Shown piece after piece: positions 14,438-27,561 of a stretch of 64,000 nucleotides of DNA. The number at the start of each line of letters is the position of its first letter. Position 1 is the first letter of the stretch. Both the position numbers and the translations under genes were made by a program. Below the pieces are notes generated by a model. It worked only from the letters and a program-made list of their open reading frames with translations. It did not search any database and had not been told where the DNA came from. This stretch comes from Raja brachyura (lineage: Eukaryota), in contig OY740788.1 of NCBI GenBank assembly GCA_963514005.1, positions 38,192,001 to 38,256,000 on the forward strand, read 5' to 3'.

Positions 14438-14619
14438 TGTGCAATCACCCCCCTCGCTTTGTTTTTTTTTTAACAACGAGGATGCAAATACGAAAGATAC
14501 GATCTAAAATAGACTGTTTTGGGGGGAGGGGAAGGGAACTTGACTTTGCGAACTCGAAACTTTCCTAAAACTCATCTGCACATTTGGCAGACTTCAAGTA
14601 GGGCTTGGGAAGAACTTGC

Positions 14620-14850
14620 CACTGTTCAACCGAGATTGGCTGCGAGCGTTCCCAGCGCACCCAATGGTACAGAGAGGCCCGGAGCTGCCTGCTCCGCCCA
14701 CAGCACCGCAGCTGCAACTCAAGCCTCCTGTCAGCCTGCAAAGTCTTGATTCACTGCCAGCAGAATTAACTTCAAGTATTTTTTTGACTCACGCAATTGC
14801 AACAATGAGAGTCACGTCAGTAATTACATTTGGTCGCGGTTTCCAATGAA
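14620..14850 (-). promoter_or_regulatory. Putative HLX proximal promoter
   Basis: Directly upstream of exon 1. CCAAT boxes (ATTGG ~14635, CCAAT ~14843), GC box CCGCCC ~14694, AP-1-like TGACTCA ~14785, CRE-like GTCACGTCA ~14811. TSS not determinable. Confidence 0.5.
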
Positions 14851-17800
14851 TGATTAAACATTGTGAGGCGAATTCTCCCGATAACCCAACGAATCAAAGA
14901 CACGCAGAAACATTGATTTCAATATGTTTAATATTCTTGTGTTCTTTTTGTTTCCACTTTATAACCTTTAACCGCATTGAATGATACTCAGCATGATTTA
15001 ACAAGACAAATAAATCAATGCGACGTTTTAAAATAAGTTAACAGAATCTTTAGGAGCTTAGAGGTTATTCCCTTTCCACGGTGGGCGGCTTGATTGAAAT
15101 AATGTACAGTCTTTCCGCTGCTGAATAGCAAGGCAACGACAAAAAAATCACTGTATCTCAATACATGTAACAATACACTAAAGCAAACTAAACTAAACTA
15201 AACTAGAGAGAATACTAGTGTACTTGAAGCCGCCTCTCAACACGGAGTCTTTTAGAATCGAGAAAAACGAGGAAAAAATGTTTTTAAGTTGGGAACAAAT
15301 TACACATTAGCATGAAACATAGCATTTTAAAGTTTGGATGCAATTAATTATTTAGGACTGTTCGATACCAGGAAGCTGTCTGATATGGCTCTTCATGCTG
15401 TAAGAGCATATGTAGGTATTTTCCATATTTTAAATACAGCCCCAGTCTGCGTGTCCCCCCCTAATGCTGCCTCCTAACCCTACTCACAATGCAGCTGATC
15501 TACATTTAACCTTAACCTCCTGCAATTGACGTTGTAACAATGGTGTATTATTGAAAAGTACGCAATTGGCCTGGACTTCTCTAACCTTAAACCCCTGCAA
15601 TATGTTTAATGACAATACCATTTAAAAATAAGTTATTTTCATGGGTTTATAACAATGGAAAGCACCTTGCTTTATGTATCCTCAGTACATTCTTAAGTAT
15701 TTGTTTAAACGACAAATATATAGAGACTGTTTTCCCCTGGACCAGTCTTCACAGTAGAGGAAATGTCGAGCTCTATTAAGTTCACATCGTTGATAGCCAT
15801 CCTGTTTTGATGTGCTTAAACGCGAAGTAAATGAGCGGATATGCCTGTTAGATTTTCTTAAAATAGAGCCCGTTTAGTATTTTAGGATACAGCAAAAATC
15901 ATTATTTCTTCCGGAGAAAAACTTTATAATGACTGGTAGAACTTCCGTTTTCAATATTTGTGCAACTTTATCTCGTCTCGCAAGTTGTACTTGTGACGCA
16001 AATCCGCTCCGGTACATGAAAATGGCACAGAAAAAAAACCCCACTGAAATAAACGTGACCGGACCGATCTCAATCCTTTGAACAAAAAAAAGTCCGCTTT
16101 AAGATTAGTTCCCTGTTGACCCCAGATTGTGCATAGAATAATAGAATCCCAAATCTTAAAGAAAATGAACGATTATATGTCGTTTTTTGTAAGAAATAAG
16201 TCAACATGGTGAAAGGGAAATATTCAATTTTATCTTCACTTCGAAGTGTCTTTAAATTGCATTTCACTAAAAATGCCTCTTTTAGCGTAAACTGTTTTTT
16301 GACCTGGAAAATATCTGTTTGCAATGCATTGTCAAAGTGCAATTTGTTTCTGTGCAGTGCAGCGAAATCAGCGCAAAGTATAGTAGGGCAGGTGGTGATG
16401 TTCCTTCTCCCAGCTGTACTGGTCCAGTGCTCATCTCTAGTGCAGTGCAACAGAGCTGATCTATCCCACGCTATAAATAGCCACAGGATTTTACTTTTAA
16501 CCACCTATTATCCTAAATGTTGGGACACAATTAGAAATGATAAATTGTTTATTTTATATAATCGCAATTCTAATTCATGATTATAACTGGGCGGTTTTCG
16601 GTGAAGCATTGTTTCAAGTCATATTGTCATATTATAAGTCATGTTGTTTGGTGTATTTGGGGATGATTAGTCCCGGAAGACTCTCTTTGGCCCACGATAC
16701 ATTTAGAATATTCTAGTGACACTTTTTTCCGGGACGCAAATAGAGAAATGAATCTCTGTGCTCGTTCACACAGACACAACAATACGGGGAAAAGGATGGA
16801 GAAGTAGCTCAGCGGGCTCCGAGCTACACATTTATTTCAGGTGATGCGGTGCTGTAAACAGAAACATTTCAGTCCTGTAGAGGCCGTTATGACAGACATG
16901 GGACAATTCTATTTTTAAAAAGATGGCTATTACAGATATATATATTATTATGCGAAGTTGGAGGCAACAGCTACTTATTCTGACCTACATTCCTGGTTAA
17001 AATAGTTAATTTTAGTCTAACATAAATCAAACTCAGTCAAATAGAGCCTAGCTCCCCACCCTCTAACCTTTCCCGTTCTATCTATCCATTTACATAATAC
17101 CTGGCCATTTATTTATCTGCCCATCATCGTTTTCCTATTCACGACTCCACCAGTGTTGTTGGTTAAATCGGTCTTGTTCTTTCAAATCCTTCATTTGGTC
17201 TTGTACAGTGATAAATAATTAATATTTTAATTTGAGGTTTGGAACCGTCCTTAAGTTGAAGCAAAGATAGACATAAAATGCTGGAGTAAATCAGCGGGAC
17301 AGACCACATCTCTGGAGAGAAGGAATGGGTGACGTTTCGGGTCGAGAACCTTCCGTGCCCTTAAGTTGCAGCAACACTGGAAATCTTTAAGAAATGTAAA
17401 TTTAATTAAGTAAATCAATCAGCCAGTAAGAATTCTTGGATTTAATGTATAGTATTATCAATAATTCACAATCCACTTGTTTATATCCAAAATATCCATG
17501 GGAAAAAAATTGAACATTTACTCCTAATGTGGTAATTAATTTAGCGAAAGCCCGTAAGGCATGTCCCCTGTGAAGCAGAATGCAATGCAGCTGCAATCAG
17601 CGTTGTCTGCTGGAGTGAGAATGGGTTTTTGCTGATTTTGTTGTGTGCAAATATCTAGGTGTTTCCAGTTCTGGCAAGGTAAGGGGAGAAAGAGTGGGAC
17701 TGATTTACAGATGCACATTGCCACCTATCGGCAGCCTGGCGTCCACGCAGGTGGAACCGCACCAAAGTTGCACGGTCTCCATTCCCCCATTGGCAACATT

Positions 17801-19359
17801 TGGAACTCATTTTCTGACCAACCGTAAAGGCAAATAAGGTAGATTTATAATTTGTTTAACTTCAAGAAGAAAACCACATTTCCTTTTCAGGACTGGGTAA
17901 ACGTTTTGGAGTTGTGCAGCATAGTGATTTAACTGTCTCTTCCCGGTTAGTAATGGAGCGGCTCTTGATAATCCATCTCCCAAAAATATGGTTAAACTAT
18001 GTGCTTCGTAAATGCAGCTAACCAATGTAATGTATTCCCCCCAAAGGAATTCGTAAATGCTTCTTACATTAATATACCATACTATCAGGTGCCAAATATT
18101 CAGCGGAATTACTTCCACGAAAATGTCGGAGTGAACCATTCTACCGGAGATGAAATGTAAGGTAATTAATTATTTTCGATGTTTTGCGGGGAAAAATACA
18201 GATAACTCTCGGCTTCGGAAATACGTACAAGAATGTTGATGCATACGTGCATGTATTTTGAGGACTTTGAGATGGTTAGCGGTAAATTGGAAGCCTTACG
18301 AGTTCTTCAAATAATTTTACTAACAAGTGGTAATCGGATCTTGCGCGTGCTGTCGCCCGAGCGACCAAATAAACTGAATCGAAAAGGTGAAATGAACTGC
18401 AACCATTCTGGTGACAAGGAAGCGAGTCCCTGCGACAAGCAGCTGTTGAACTCAGCTCAACTTCATGCAAAAGATCGAAAAATCTCGGAGGTCGACTCAT
18501 TCGAAGGGAAATATTTGAAAGGTTTGCGTACACCATTCCTTCGTGTTCTGGTTACAGTCTGCAGCCAAACGGGGGCGGGCAGGATAAGTACCTTCATATA
18601 TATATTCTTATCTTATTATTGCGGTTTGCAAATCAAAACAAAGAGCTTTTTTTGCCCCTCCCTGATACAACTGATAATTCCGCTTTCATAGACGGGCCGC
18701 GGGCCAATGACTTCCAATTGCGAATCTATACAAGAGGAAAAGCTTCCACCCCCTCTTCCCATTTGGTAGGCAGCCTGGTCTTCAATCCAACGTGCATGCA
18801 CCCGAAACGTCGCCTATCTCCTTCGCTCCTTCGATGCTGCTGCACCCGCTGATTTTCCAGCTTTTTGTGTAACCCTGCATGCAATTTGTGATCATTTCAG
18901 AAACGATGGCTGTGGTGCTTGGTGATTCATTGCAAATGAGTCTTCTGTGCAATTAAAGTACGGCGAAAAAGTACGGTCTGGCAGCATCTGCGGAGGCCAA
19001 GGTACGGTAGGCGCTTCGGGTTCAAGCCCTGCATCAGGATTGGTGTTGGGTCTCCAACTGAAACATCAGCCAACTCTCTGCCTCCGCAGATGCTGCCTGA
19101 CCCGCTGAGCTCCTCCCGCAGTTTGCTTTTTTCACCCCCAGATTCTCGCATCTGTAGTCTCTTATGTCTTTTCGCACCTTGCCACACACGAGCAGGTTCC
19201 CTGCGCCTTGAGAGGCCGTATGCCTCAAGGCGCTAAGATATTTGGAGGCGCCTTGCATTGTATTCAGATTGACGACTTTCTAACAAAAGGTTGCGAATCG
19301 GAGTCTATCAGACACAATTGGAAGATTTCCCAGCCCTTTTCTGCGTTTGTGTGCACTAA

Positions 19360-19930
19360 AGGACCTGTCCTACCAGCATCCGACTCCATGCGATGAGCGC
19401 GATCAAACTAGAAGCGGGGGCCGCGCGGAGGTCGGGTGATCCCCTGTACAGGACCGTTCCCACCAGCATGCGCCTGGATGCGGCAAGAGCGACCAAACCG
19501 GCAGCGAGGGCCGCGCGGAGGTCGGGTGAGTGGCGCAACGCGGCGCAAAGTGAGGCGAACTTGGAGCGAAGTCTTAAGGTAAGTACGCCAGGACAGAGAG
19601 GGGCACACAGAGAGGGGCACAGAGGCACACACACCGAGGGCCATGGAGCCACACACATAGGGTCACGGAGGCCACCTACAGATAGGTTCACGGAGGCACG
19701 ATGTCGAGGTGGTGTGTAATGCGTCGAGGCGACTGCGAGCCGACAAGCCGTTGCCGCGCGGAATTTTTGAACATAGTTTTTCGGAGCCCCGCGCGATGTC
19801 GGGACGAACTCCTCACAATTCCGCACGGCCCGGCGATCGAAGTGGGCCCGCCCCGTGACGCCGAACGGCTCAAGCAACCACGTTAGGTCGTGCTCATCGC
19901 ATGGAGTTGTATGCTTGTAGGATAGGCCCT
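19360..19930. mobile_element. MITE with ~45-bp imperfect TIRs (Harbinger-like)
   Basis: AGGACCTGTCCTACCAGCATCCGACTCCATGCGATGAGC ... GCTCATCGCATGGAGTTGTATGCTTGTAGGATAGGCCCT; TAA/TTA flanks; GC-rich interior with an internal duplication. Confidence 0.75.
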
Positions 19931-20484
19931 TTACATTCCCCTTTCATCCAGACATCCCGGTATTATGGGGCTGGGAATAGGTCAGGTATTCCCAAATGCT
20001 TGAATCATTAGCATTCAGTCAAATAAATTTATGCAGAAATTACCAATTATTTATCAGAATAATTGTATATGCTCTGCTGCTGATTTGTTTTACATCTTAG
20101 AATCGTTTTTTCAATTTTGTGCTTCCCTCCCCTTGTGTAGCGATGAAGAAAATTGATCGATCTTGATTTTAATGTAATTTGGCAAAATAACTAGGTGTAA
20201 AACATGCAGCACGCCACCAGTCCCGATACAGGATCGCCGTCCACAACTTCGACCTGCTCATTTTGCCTCCACAGATGCTGCACGACCGCTGACTTCTTCC
20301 AGCATTCTGTTTTGTTTCAATTCCAGAATCTGCAATGTACTTTGAACTCAGTCCACCAAGCTAGTTCAGATTTATGTTATTTAAATTCTCCATAGTGCCT
20401 GAATAAAAGTAAATGTTTGCCTAGCCAGCTAATTCATGCTGGGTTTTTTTCTGATATTCAGTCAGATATCAACACATACACGCA

Positions 20485-20692
20485 TAGGAATGAACTGCAG
20501 ATGCTGGTTTACACCGAAGACAGACATAGAATGCTGGAGTAACTCAGCGGGACAGGCAGCATCACTGGAGAGGATTGGGTGATGCTTCAAGTCTGAAGTC
20601 TGAAGAAGGGCCTCGACCCAAAACGTCATCCATTCCTTCTCTCCAGAGATGCTGCCTGTCCCACTGAGTTACTCCAGCATTTTGTTTCTATC
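20485..20692. mobile_element. Inverted (palindromic) Penelope pLTR pair; representative of many
   Basis: GCTGGAGTAACTCAGCGGGACAGGCAGCATC ... GATGCTGCCTGTCCCACTGAGTTACTCCAGC. Similar arrangements or fragments at ~4600, 6848, 9178, 10615, 17266, 18800, 19040, 21762, 22255, 29177, 29488, 36967, 52740, 57880, 60600, 62105 and 63263. Confidence 0.8.
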
Positions 20693-22063
20693 AGCACATA
20701 TATGTTTTTCTCAATAATAGCAATCCATATCTGATCGAAATTTCTACAATTTGATGCAGATGGACAGTCAAATAGGGCAAAGTAGGAATAGGATGGAGAA
20801 TTAAATTGGTTGGCAATGGAGAGCTCAGATTCGCCCTATGGACAGAAAGTAGATACTTGGTATAATTTTTAATCAAAGCAAAAGAATGCAACATTTAGCA
20901 TGGACAAGTGAAAATGTGTGTAGTATAGTTTATTGTCACGTGTACCAGAATACAGTGAAAAGCTTTTTTGTTGCATGCTATCCAGTCAGTGGAAAGACTA
21001 TGCATGATTACAATTGAGCTGTCCACATTGTACAGATGCAGGATAAAGGGAATAATGTTTAGTGCAAGATAAAGACCAGTAAAGTCTGATTAAAGATAGG
21101 TCTCCAATGAGTAGATGATAAGTCAGAACCACTCTCTAGTTGGTGATAGGATGGTTCAGTTGCCTGGGAAGAATTGTGTAAGGAAAGGGAAAGGGGTGTG
21201 AAGAAGGATCCTGACCTGAAACATCATTTATCCATTTCCTCCACATGTGTTGCCTGACCCACTGAGATAGCAAGCACTTTGTGCTTTACTTTAGAAAATA
21301 TGCAAGTTACATTATTGACTATCATCATGGAACAACCATGTCAAAGCTCAGAGAGAATCCAAAGTTTTCAAAAACTCATGATGTTCAACCAATGACAAGG
21401 GCATAGCCAAATAATGCTGAACCCTTTTAGCTGAAAAAAACATGACATATTCCATCACACTTCCAAATTATGCAATATGCAAAGATGATGAGAAGAAGGT
21501 GGAGCTGTCTGGTGGCTTGGTGAGAAAGTGGGTGTTTTGGAATTAAAATCTCTCTTGGCATGATGAATTATGACAGAAAATGATCTCTCAATGTACTTTC
21601 ACAACTTTTCCACAAATATCAAATTGCATTTTATTCGCCTGACAAAGAAGGCATAACTGGGTGTTTCTATCAAATTGGGCACGACAGTAAATGGTTTGGA
21701 AAAAAGGTACCTGCAACACATTCAAATTAAGCAATGATAGTTGGTACATATATTCAAATGCTAGACACAAAGCGCTGGAGTAACTCAGCGGGTCAGACAG
21801 CATCTCAGGAGAGAAAAAAGGTTCCCTGGAGATGCTGCTTGACTCCCTAAATTACTCCAGCACTTTGTGTCCATCAGCATCTGGTGTAAAGCAGCATCTG
21901 TAGTTCTTTGTTTCTTCATTAAAATGCAAACAATGGTGGGTACAACTTCCTACAGTGTGATCTACACTTCCTATAGATTTTCAGTCCTTATAACTGTCGT
22001 GAAAATCCTGTAGCCAGTTAACAAATAATTCAAGTGGTTGAGCAGGGTATCAAGGAAAATAGT

Positions 22064-22117
22064 GGGGTGGAAGATTGCAACCTTCACGTGGTCCGCCCTG
22101 TTTCGACTAATTCAATC
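22064..22117 (+). ncRNA. Putative minimal HDV-like (double-pseudoknot) ribozyme
   Basis: P1 GGGGTGG/CCGCCCT with G1-U wobble; P2 GATTGCA/TTCAATC (TGCAATC in the other copies); P3 ACC/GGT; L3 TTCACGT; P1.1 G; tiny P4 TTTCGA; J4/2 CTAA with the catalytic-position C at 22107. Confidence 0.75.
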
Positions 22118-22206
22118 ATCTCGACGTGCACAAAATGGAAAATCAAATAGAACAAGGTGTCCTACAACTTTAGGCTCTGCACGCCACACGAAAGAAGAAG
22201 AAAAAG
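22064..22206 (+). mobile_element. Short non-autonomous retroelement with 5' HDV-like ribozyme and (GAA)n tail (copy A)
   Basis: 12-bp TSD AAGGAAAATAGT at 22052-22063 and 22207-22218; tail ACGAAAGAAGAAG; homologous copies at 28303-28428 and 44169-44261. Confidence 0.85.
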
Positions 22207-23726
22207 AAGGAAAATAGTGGAAATATTTAAAGATGGGCTGAACAGTAATAACAATGAACTGCAGATGCTGGTTATCCAAAGAAAGACACAAAATTCTGGA
22301 GTAACCCAGCAGGTCAGGCAGCATCTCTGGAGAACATGGGTAGGTGATGTTTTATGTCTGGAAAAAGAAGGGTTCTGACCCAGAACATCACCTATCCACG
22401 TTCTCCAGAGATGCTGCCTGACCCACTGAGTAACTCTGATATTTTGTGTCTTAAGCTGATATCTACCTTATCAATAAAAATGATGTGAACTTACAAGTTA
22501 CCAAAATCATCATTACAAAAGATCCACTTATAACCTCTGGTTTAAAATGCTTCATTAATAGAAACATGGTTTGCTGATATTCATTATTACCTCGTAGAAA
22601 ACACAACTTTCAGCTGATTAGTTTGTTATGAAAACATAAAGATGTTGTTTTATTTCCCCTCAGTGATAATGTTTAATTAAAAGAACTTAGAAAAATTATC
22701 GATGCCAAATAGAAAAAAAAATGTACAAGATCTTGTGCCAATTCTTAGGAAAATATTTAAAATTCAAACAAGTAATCTATTTCATGACAAGAGAGTTACA
22801 TTTTCTCAATATCTGTATAGCACCAGCAAAGATGTTAGTGTGAATTGCAGGACCTCCTCTGAATGGTTAAGCCATTTCTGAGATGAGGGAGAAATTTATT
22901 GTTCTTGGAATTCAATGTTTGAAACCCAAAATTGCCTCTGCCAAAGTCCGTGACTCAGGCATTTTCAGCTGCTCTACTGATTTTTCCTTGCATAATATAA
23001 TCAAGATTGTTGGAGCCAATTTTCACAACATTCAGATCTGTTCACACCTCCAAATATAAAGGAGCTGATGCCAAGCAAAGCAGGGCAAGTAGCATTTATG
23101 CTATGTAAATCAAATGAACGAATTAATGGTCGTTGCCTAGATAAAAATATCAAATCAGCTTTTCACTTACTCAAACTTCCCAAATTCAGTAGTACTACCA
23201 GCACCAAATCTTGTCAGTTGCTATATCTGGGAGATCACCAATGACAAGACATTTAACTGGACAGCCAGATGAACAAATGCTTACTACAACAGAGAATGGA
23301 TACTCTTAACTACTAACTACACAATGTATTTTCTTAATCTGCAAGACACAGGCCAATACTGTGACAAAATATACATCAGGTGTCTGTAAGGGTGTACAAT
23401 AATGTGGAAGAAATCCAACATCGTTCATGACAGAGCAATCTCCTTGTCGAACACACTTGTTAATTCCCCTGTGAGTCATACTCTATCCTGATTTGAAGAT
23501 TAAGAGTCAATGGTCAAGAATGTTTAATTGTCACTTGTGCCGACAAGAGAACAATTAATTTCTAATTTGCAATAGCACAACAGGCCCGTAAACAGATTAC
23601 ACATATATAAACACAAAAATTAAATAAATCATTAACCCCAATACTACTGCTTAAAGTCCCAGTGCAACTAAAGAAAGTCCATGGTTCATAGCTTATGTTA
23701 ACGTTGTGCAGCATTCAAGAGCCTAA

Positions 23727-24295
23727 ATGGACTGTCCCACTGCGGCAACCTAATTGGCGAGTTTAGAAGAGTTTAGGAGAGTTTGAAAAAGTGTCATGTT
23801 GAAGACCTCCTTCGACCTCCTTCGATTATGTTGAAGACTAGCTTCGACGAGCTTCAACTAGATTTGGGAAAATTGGACACCAAATAGTGGAGAGTGGAGA
23901 CGACCTCCTTCGATCTCCTTCGACCTCCCTTCGACCTCCCTTCGACTATGTTGAAGACTATCTACAACTACCTTCAACTACCTTCGATTACCTTCGACTA
24001 CCCTCGATTACCTACGAATAACATGCCGACCTACTACGACCTACTTCGACTAAAGCTACGAGTAAAAAAAGCATCGATTTTTTCCATGGCGACCTTTTTT
24101 TACACACAAGCATTTTTCAACATGTTGAAAAATACGGCGCGACCTAGCTGAGGCCTCGAGTACGCGGGGACTACTCTCGAGCCTGAAGGAGTTACAAAGA
24201 CCTCCTAGGACCTTGTGTCGACCATGCTGTGAGTATGAGTCGAGGGCAAACTCGTCTGAACTCGCGGATTAGGTCGCCGCAGTGGGACAGCCCCT
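23727..24295. mobile_element. Harbinger-like MITE with TAA TSD
   Basis: TIR ..CTGTCCCACTGCGGCAACCTAAT / ATTAGGTCGCCGCAGTGGGACAG..; TAA at 23724-23726 and 24296-24298; internal (CCTTCGACTA)-like 10-11-bp repeats. Confidence 0.82.
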
Positions 24296-24766
24296 TAATG
24301 CTTGTTGGGAAGAAGCTATTCTTGATCCTGTTTGTAATGGTTTTCAAACTGAAACCTTCTTCACAATGGTAGAAGTGGGAATTGTGGATCTCTGATGATG
24401 CTGTCTGCCTTTTTGAGGCAGCCCCTCTTATAGATTCCTTCGATGGTGAGGAGACTAATAACCATAATGGACCAGACATTGCCTACCACTCTTTGTAATC
24501 TCCTTTGTTCCTGTGTGTTTACGTGGCCACGATAGGCTGTAATGTAACTGGTCATTATGCTCTCTCCTGTACACCTGTAGAACTTCAGGAGAGTATTCGT
24601 TGACATACTGAATCTCCTCAATCTTCTAAAGAAGCTGAGGCATTAATGGACTTTCTTTATAATTTTATCTATATGTTGGGCTTTGGACAAATCTTCCGTG
24701 ATATTATGAACCCTGGAACTTGAAGTTGTTGAATCTCTCCATCGCCAACCCATCGATGTAGTTACA

Positions 24767-25087
24767 TTTAGTTTAGTTTTGATATACAGCGTGGAAATAG
24801 GCCCTTCGGCCCACTGAGTCCACACCGACCGGTGATCCCCACACCTTAACACTATCCTACACACACCAGGGACAATTTTCTACACATACACCAAGCCAAT
24901 TAACCTACATATCAGTACGTCTTTGGAGTGTGGGGGAAAACCGAAGATCTCGGAGAAAACCCATGCGGTCACGGGGAGAATGTACATACTCCATACTCAC
25001 AGCACCCGTAGTCGGGATCGAACCCGGGTGTCCGGCACTGCAAACGCTGTAAGGCAGCAACCCTACCGCTGCGCCACCGTGCCGCCC
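24767..25087 (-). mobile_element. HE1/V-SINE-type tRNA-derived SINE, full length
   Basis: Head GGGCGGCACGGTGGCGCAGCGG (A box) and GGTTCGATCCC (B box); V-domain-like GTTCTCCCCGTGACC..GGTTTTCTCC; (CTAAA)n tail. Confidence 0.9.
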
Positions 25088-27095
25088 AATAAATAACGAT
25101 TTATTTATAGGTTTGTGGATCCTCCAATTTCCTCTTCTAAAGTCAACAATCAGATCCTTAGTCTTGCTGATCTAGAGAACAACATTGTTATTCTGGCACC
25201 ATTTAATTAGATTTCTAATTTCCCTACTCTGATTCATCTCTAGCATTATTTGTCCGATCATACTTTATCCTTTATCCTGGAATTCTACTTCAAAGACAGT
25301 TTGGGGAAAATACATTCAGAGCAATGGTATACAGGCTGTTCAGTGTGGTTCTGATGTCGGGTGGCATGAACTAGTTTGGGAACAAAATAAAAGAGTGAAA
25401 TAAAATATAAAATTAATGAGAATAATAGAAACAGAGTCAATGGCTTAATCCCACTAAAACTATGAGCTTTCCTTACAGCTTTTGCCCCAAAGGGAAACAT
25501 ATCTTTCTGTCCATCTGTGAATTCAATTATAAATATAATTCATAGGTTGGCAAGAGGCTTCTTTGGCCAAGTTGGATATCCATTCTTGCTATCTTATGAC
25601 ACAAATGGTGTCTGACAGAGTTCAGGATTTTACAGAGCACAGTTGTTTCCTGATTTGCTTTTTCTCACCCACTGATGGCTTATGATTTTTGTTTCAAAAA
25701 GAATAGGAAGAGCTGTTTAGTTATGATCATTTGACCAAGAAAGATGAGTTCAGCTGAAATTGGAATTCAGTTGTAATCTGACTTTGTTCATTGTAAAAGG
25801 GAAAATTGAGAAAGAATCAAGATTTTTCTGTACTAACTTTCATCCAAGTAAACTGAGCAAGTGACATTATTTATGCTGAGATATTAATGGGGAATATTTA
25901 ATAACTCAAATAAATTAGTGTAACATTAGGGGTATACAGAGTAATAATATTTTGAAAGAAAAATTGGTTATCAGCGAATAATATGCACTTTTTAACTTTC
26001 TGCACTACACCTTAGTCAACCTGACCAAAAAAGTTGGCGAACAAACAATAAAATGTTACAATTTATTGGCTAGTATTAAATATGTTCTTAGTTATGAAGT
26101 AAATCCTTCACAAGCTTCAGGGCAATGCTCAGCTTTTCAACCTGTCTGTGCGAGCAATTACTGATTTAATTTTATTGGTATAAACAATGTATCTATGGAC
26201 ATATCTGGTATCCAAGCATAGCAGCTTCACCATTAAATCCATACCGCACAGACATCAGCATTCTTTGAACAAAATTTCTCATCACATATGTTTTTCACCA
26301 TTCAAACAAGGTTAAAACTAATTCAAGATGCAGGGTAATCTTTTCAAGATGACAATTATGGTTGCCAAATAACTACAAGTTTCTACAGGTTGTAACATTT
26401 ACATGTAACAATTTCAACAACTCCGAATTGAATCTCTGAGTGTATGAAAATCTGAATTGTATCAGTTGAGTGCATAGTTTCAGAAATAATAAATCAAGAA
26501 AACTGATGGACATTGGGTTAAATCTAATTATTTTCTCACTTAAATATATTTTTTAATTTTGCTTTGTATTATTCATTTTCAGCTGTTTTACAAGTTTTAC
26601 GTAATTCTCCCAATTAAGCAATTTGCTGGGGTGAAACAGCAATAGATTTCAATGGAGGTTTAGTGCCCTGTTTCCACAGTGCTGCCATTTTACCTGGAGC
26701 CAGTGTAAGTGTGCTCTGGCTAAGTCGCACACAGTACCTTTGTTAATGTGTGTATATTGGTGTCCGGTGATGTACATATGACACAGTTGCTGTTTGAACT
26801 GAACAGTGTCACCTGTCAGCATGTGGAAGAAACTTAGAAATTTATTTCTAGTATCATTTCCCAGGAGCAAAGAAAAGAGCAATCGTCAGAGATTTATCAT
26901 CTACTCAGTTCCACAATACTCTATTTGGACCAATCTACTTTCCAGGGTAATCTGTTTCTGGAGTACCTGATAATATGCTGGTCCAGAACCAGGCAACTGC
27001 ATCGGGATGCATGTTTTGATGCATATCTACCACCCAATGGAAGTGTAGGATTGCAGGCCAATGCACCCTCACTGTAATTGCAACCTACTTTTCAA

Positions 27096-27561
27096 GAATG
27101 AGTAGGTTAACCTATGATGAACGTTTGTCAGCACTGGGCATGTACTCGCTGGAGTTTAGAAGAATGAGGGGGGATCTCATTTAAACATCCATGATAGTGA
27201 AAGGCTTGGTTAGAGTGGATGTGGAGAGGATGTTTCCACTAGTGGGAGAGTCTAGGAATAGAGGTCATAGCTTCAGAATTAAAGGAGGTTCTTTTAGGAA
27301 GTAGATGAGAGGAATTTCTTTAGTCAGAGGTGGTGAATCTGTGAAATTATATACCACAGAAGGCTGCAGAGGCCAAGTCAGTGGATATTTTTAAGGCAGA
27401 GATAGATAGATTCTTGATTAGTACAGGTGACAGAGGTTATGGGGAGAAAGCAGGAGAATGGGGTTAAGAGGGGGAGATAGATTAGCCATGATTGAATGGT
27501 GGAGTAGACGTGATGGGTTGAATGGCCTAATTCTACTCCTATCACTTATGACCTTATGACC
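27096..27561 (+). mobile_element. CR1 LINE 3' fragment
   Basis: YSLEFRRMRGDL..RGHS motifs; (CTTATGAC)n tail. Confidence 0.85.

Larger units (their letters stand above)
23510..25250 (-). mobile_element. Rex1/Babar-like LINE 3' fragment interrupted by a MITE and a SINE
   Basis: Minus ORF RRFSMSTNTLLKFYRCTGESIMTSYITAY...LQRVV (24361-24621) and TITNRIKNSFFP, typical of the Rex1 RT C-terminus. Related 3' tails at ~20925, 37195, 47440 and 63700. Confidence 0.75.

Noticed and set aside
14438-14476. N-terminal extension of HLX from the TTG start in the ORF track
   Set aside because: The conserved start is the ATG at 14437. The read-through tails of ORFs 13865-14476 and 12447-12752 are intronic.
16070-18691. 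ORFs of 110-152 aa upstream of HLX
   Set aside because: No recognisable domains or exon structure, consistent with chance ORFs. An antisense lncRNA cannot be assessed from sequence alone.
19356-19886. GC-rich ORFs of up to 173 aa
   Set aside because: They lie inside a MITE bounded by TIRs and show no protein motif.
25005-25087. tRNA gene
   Set aside because: The A and B boxes belong to the head of an HE1-type SINE and continue into the SINE body and tail.
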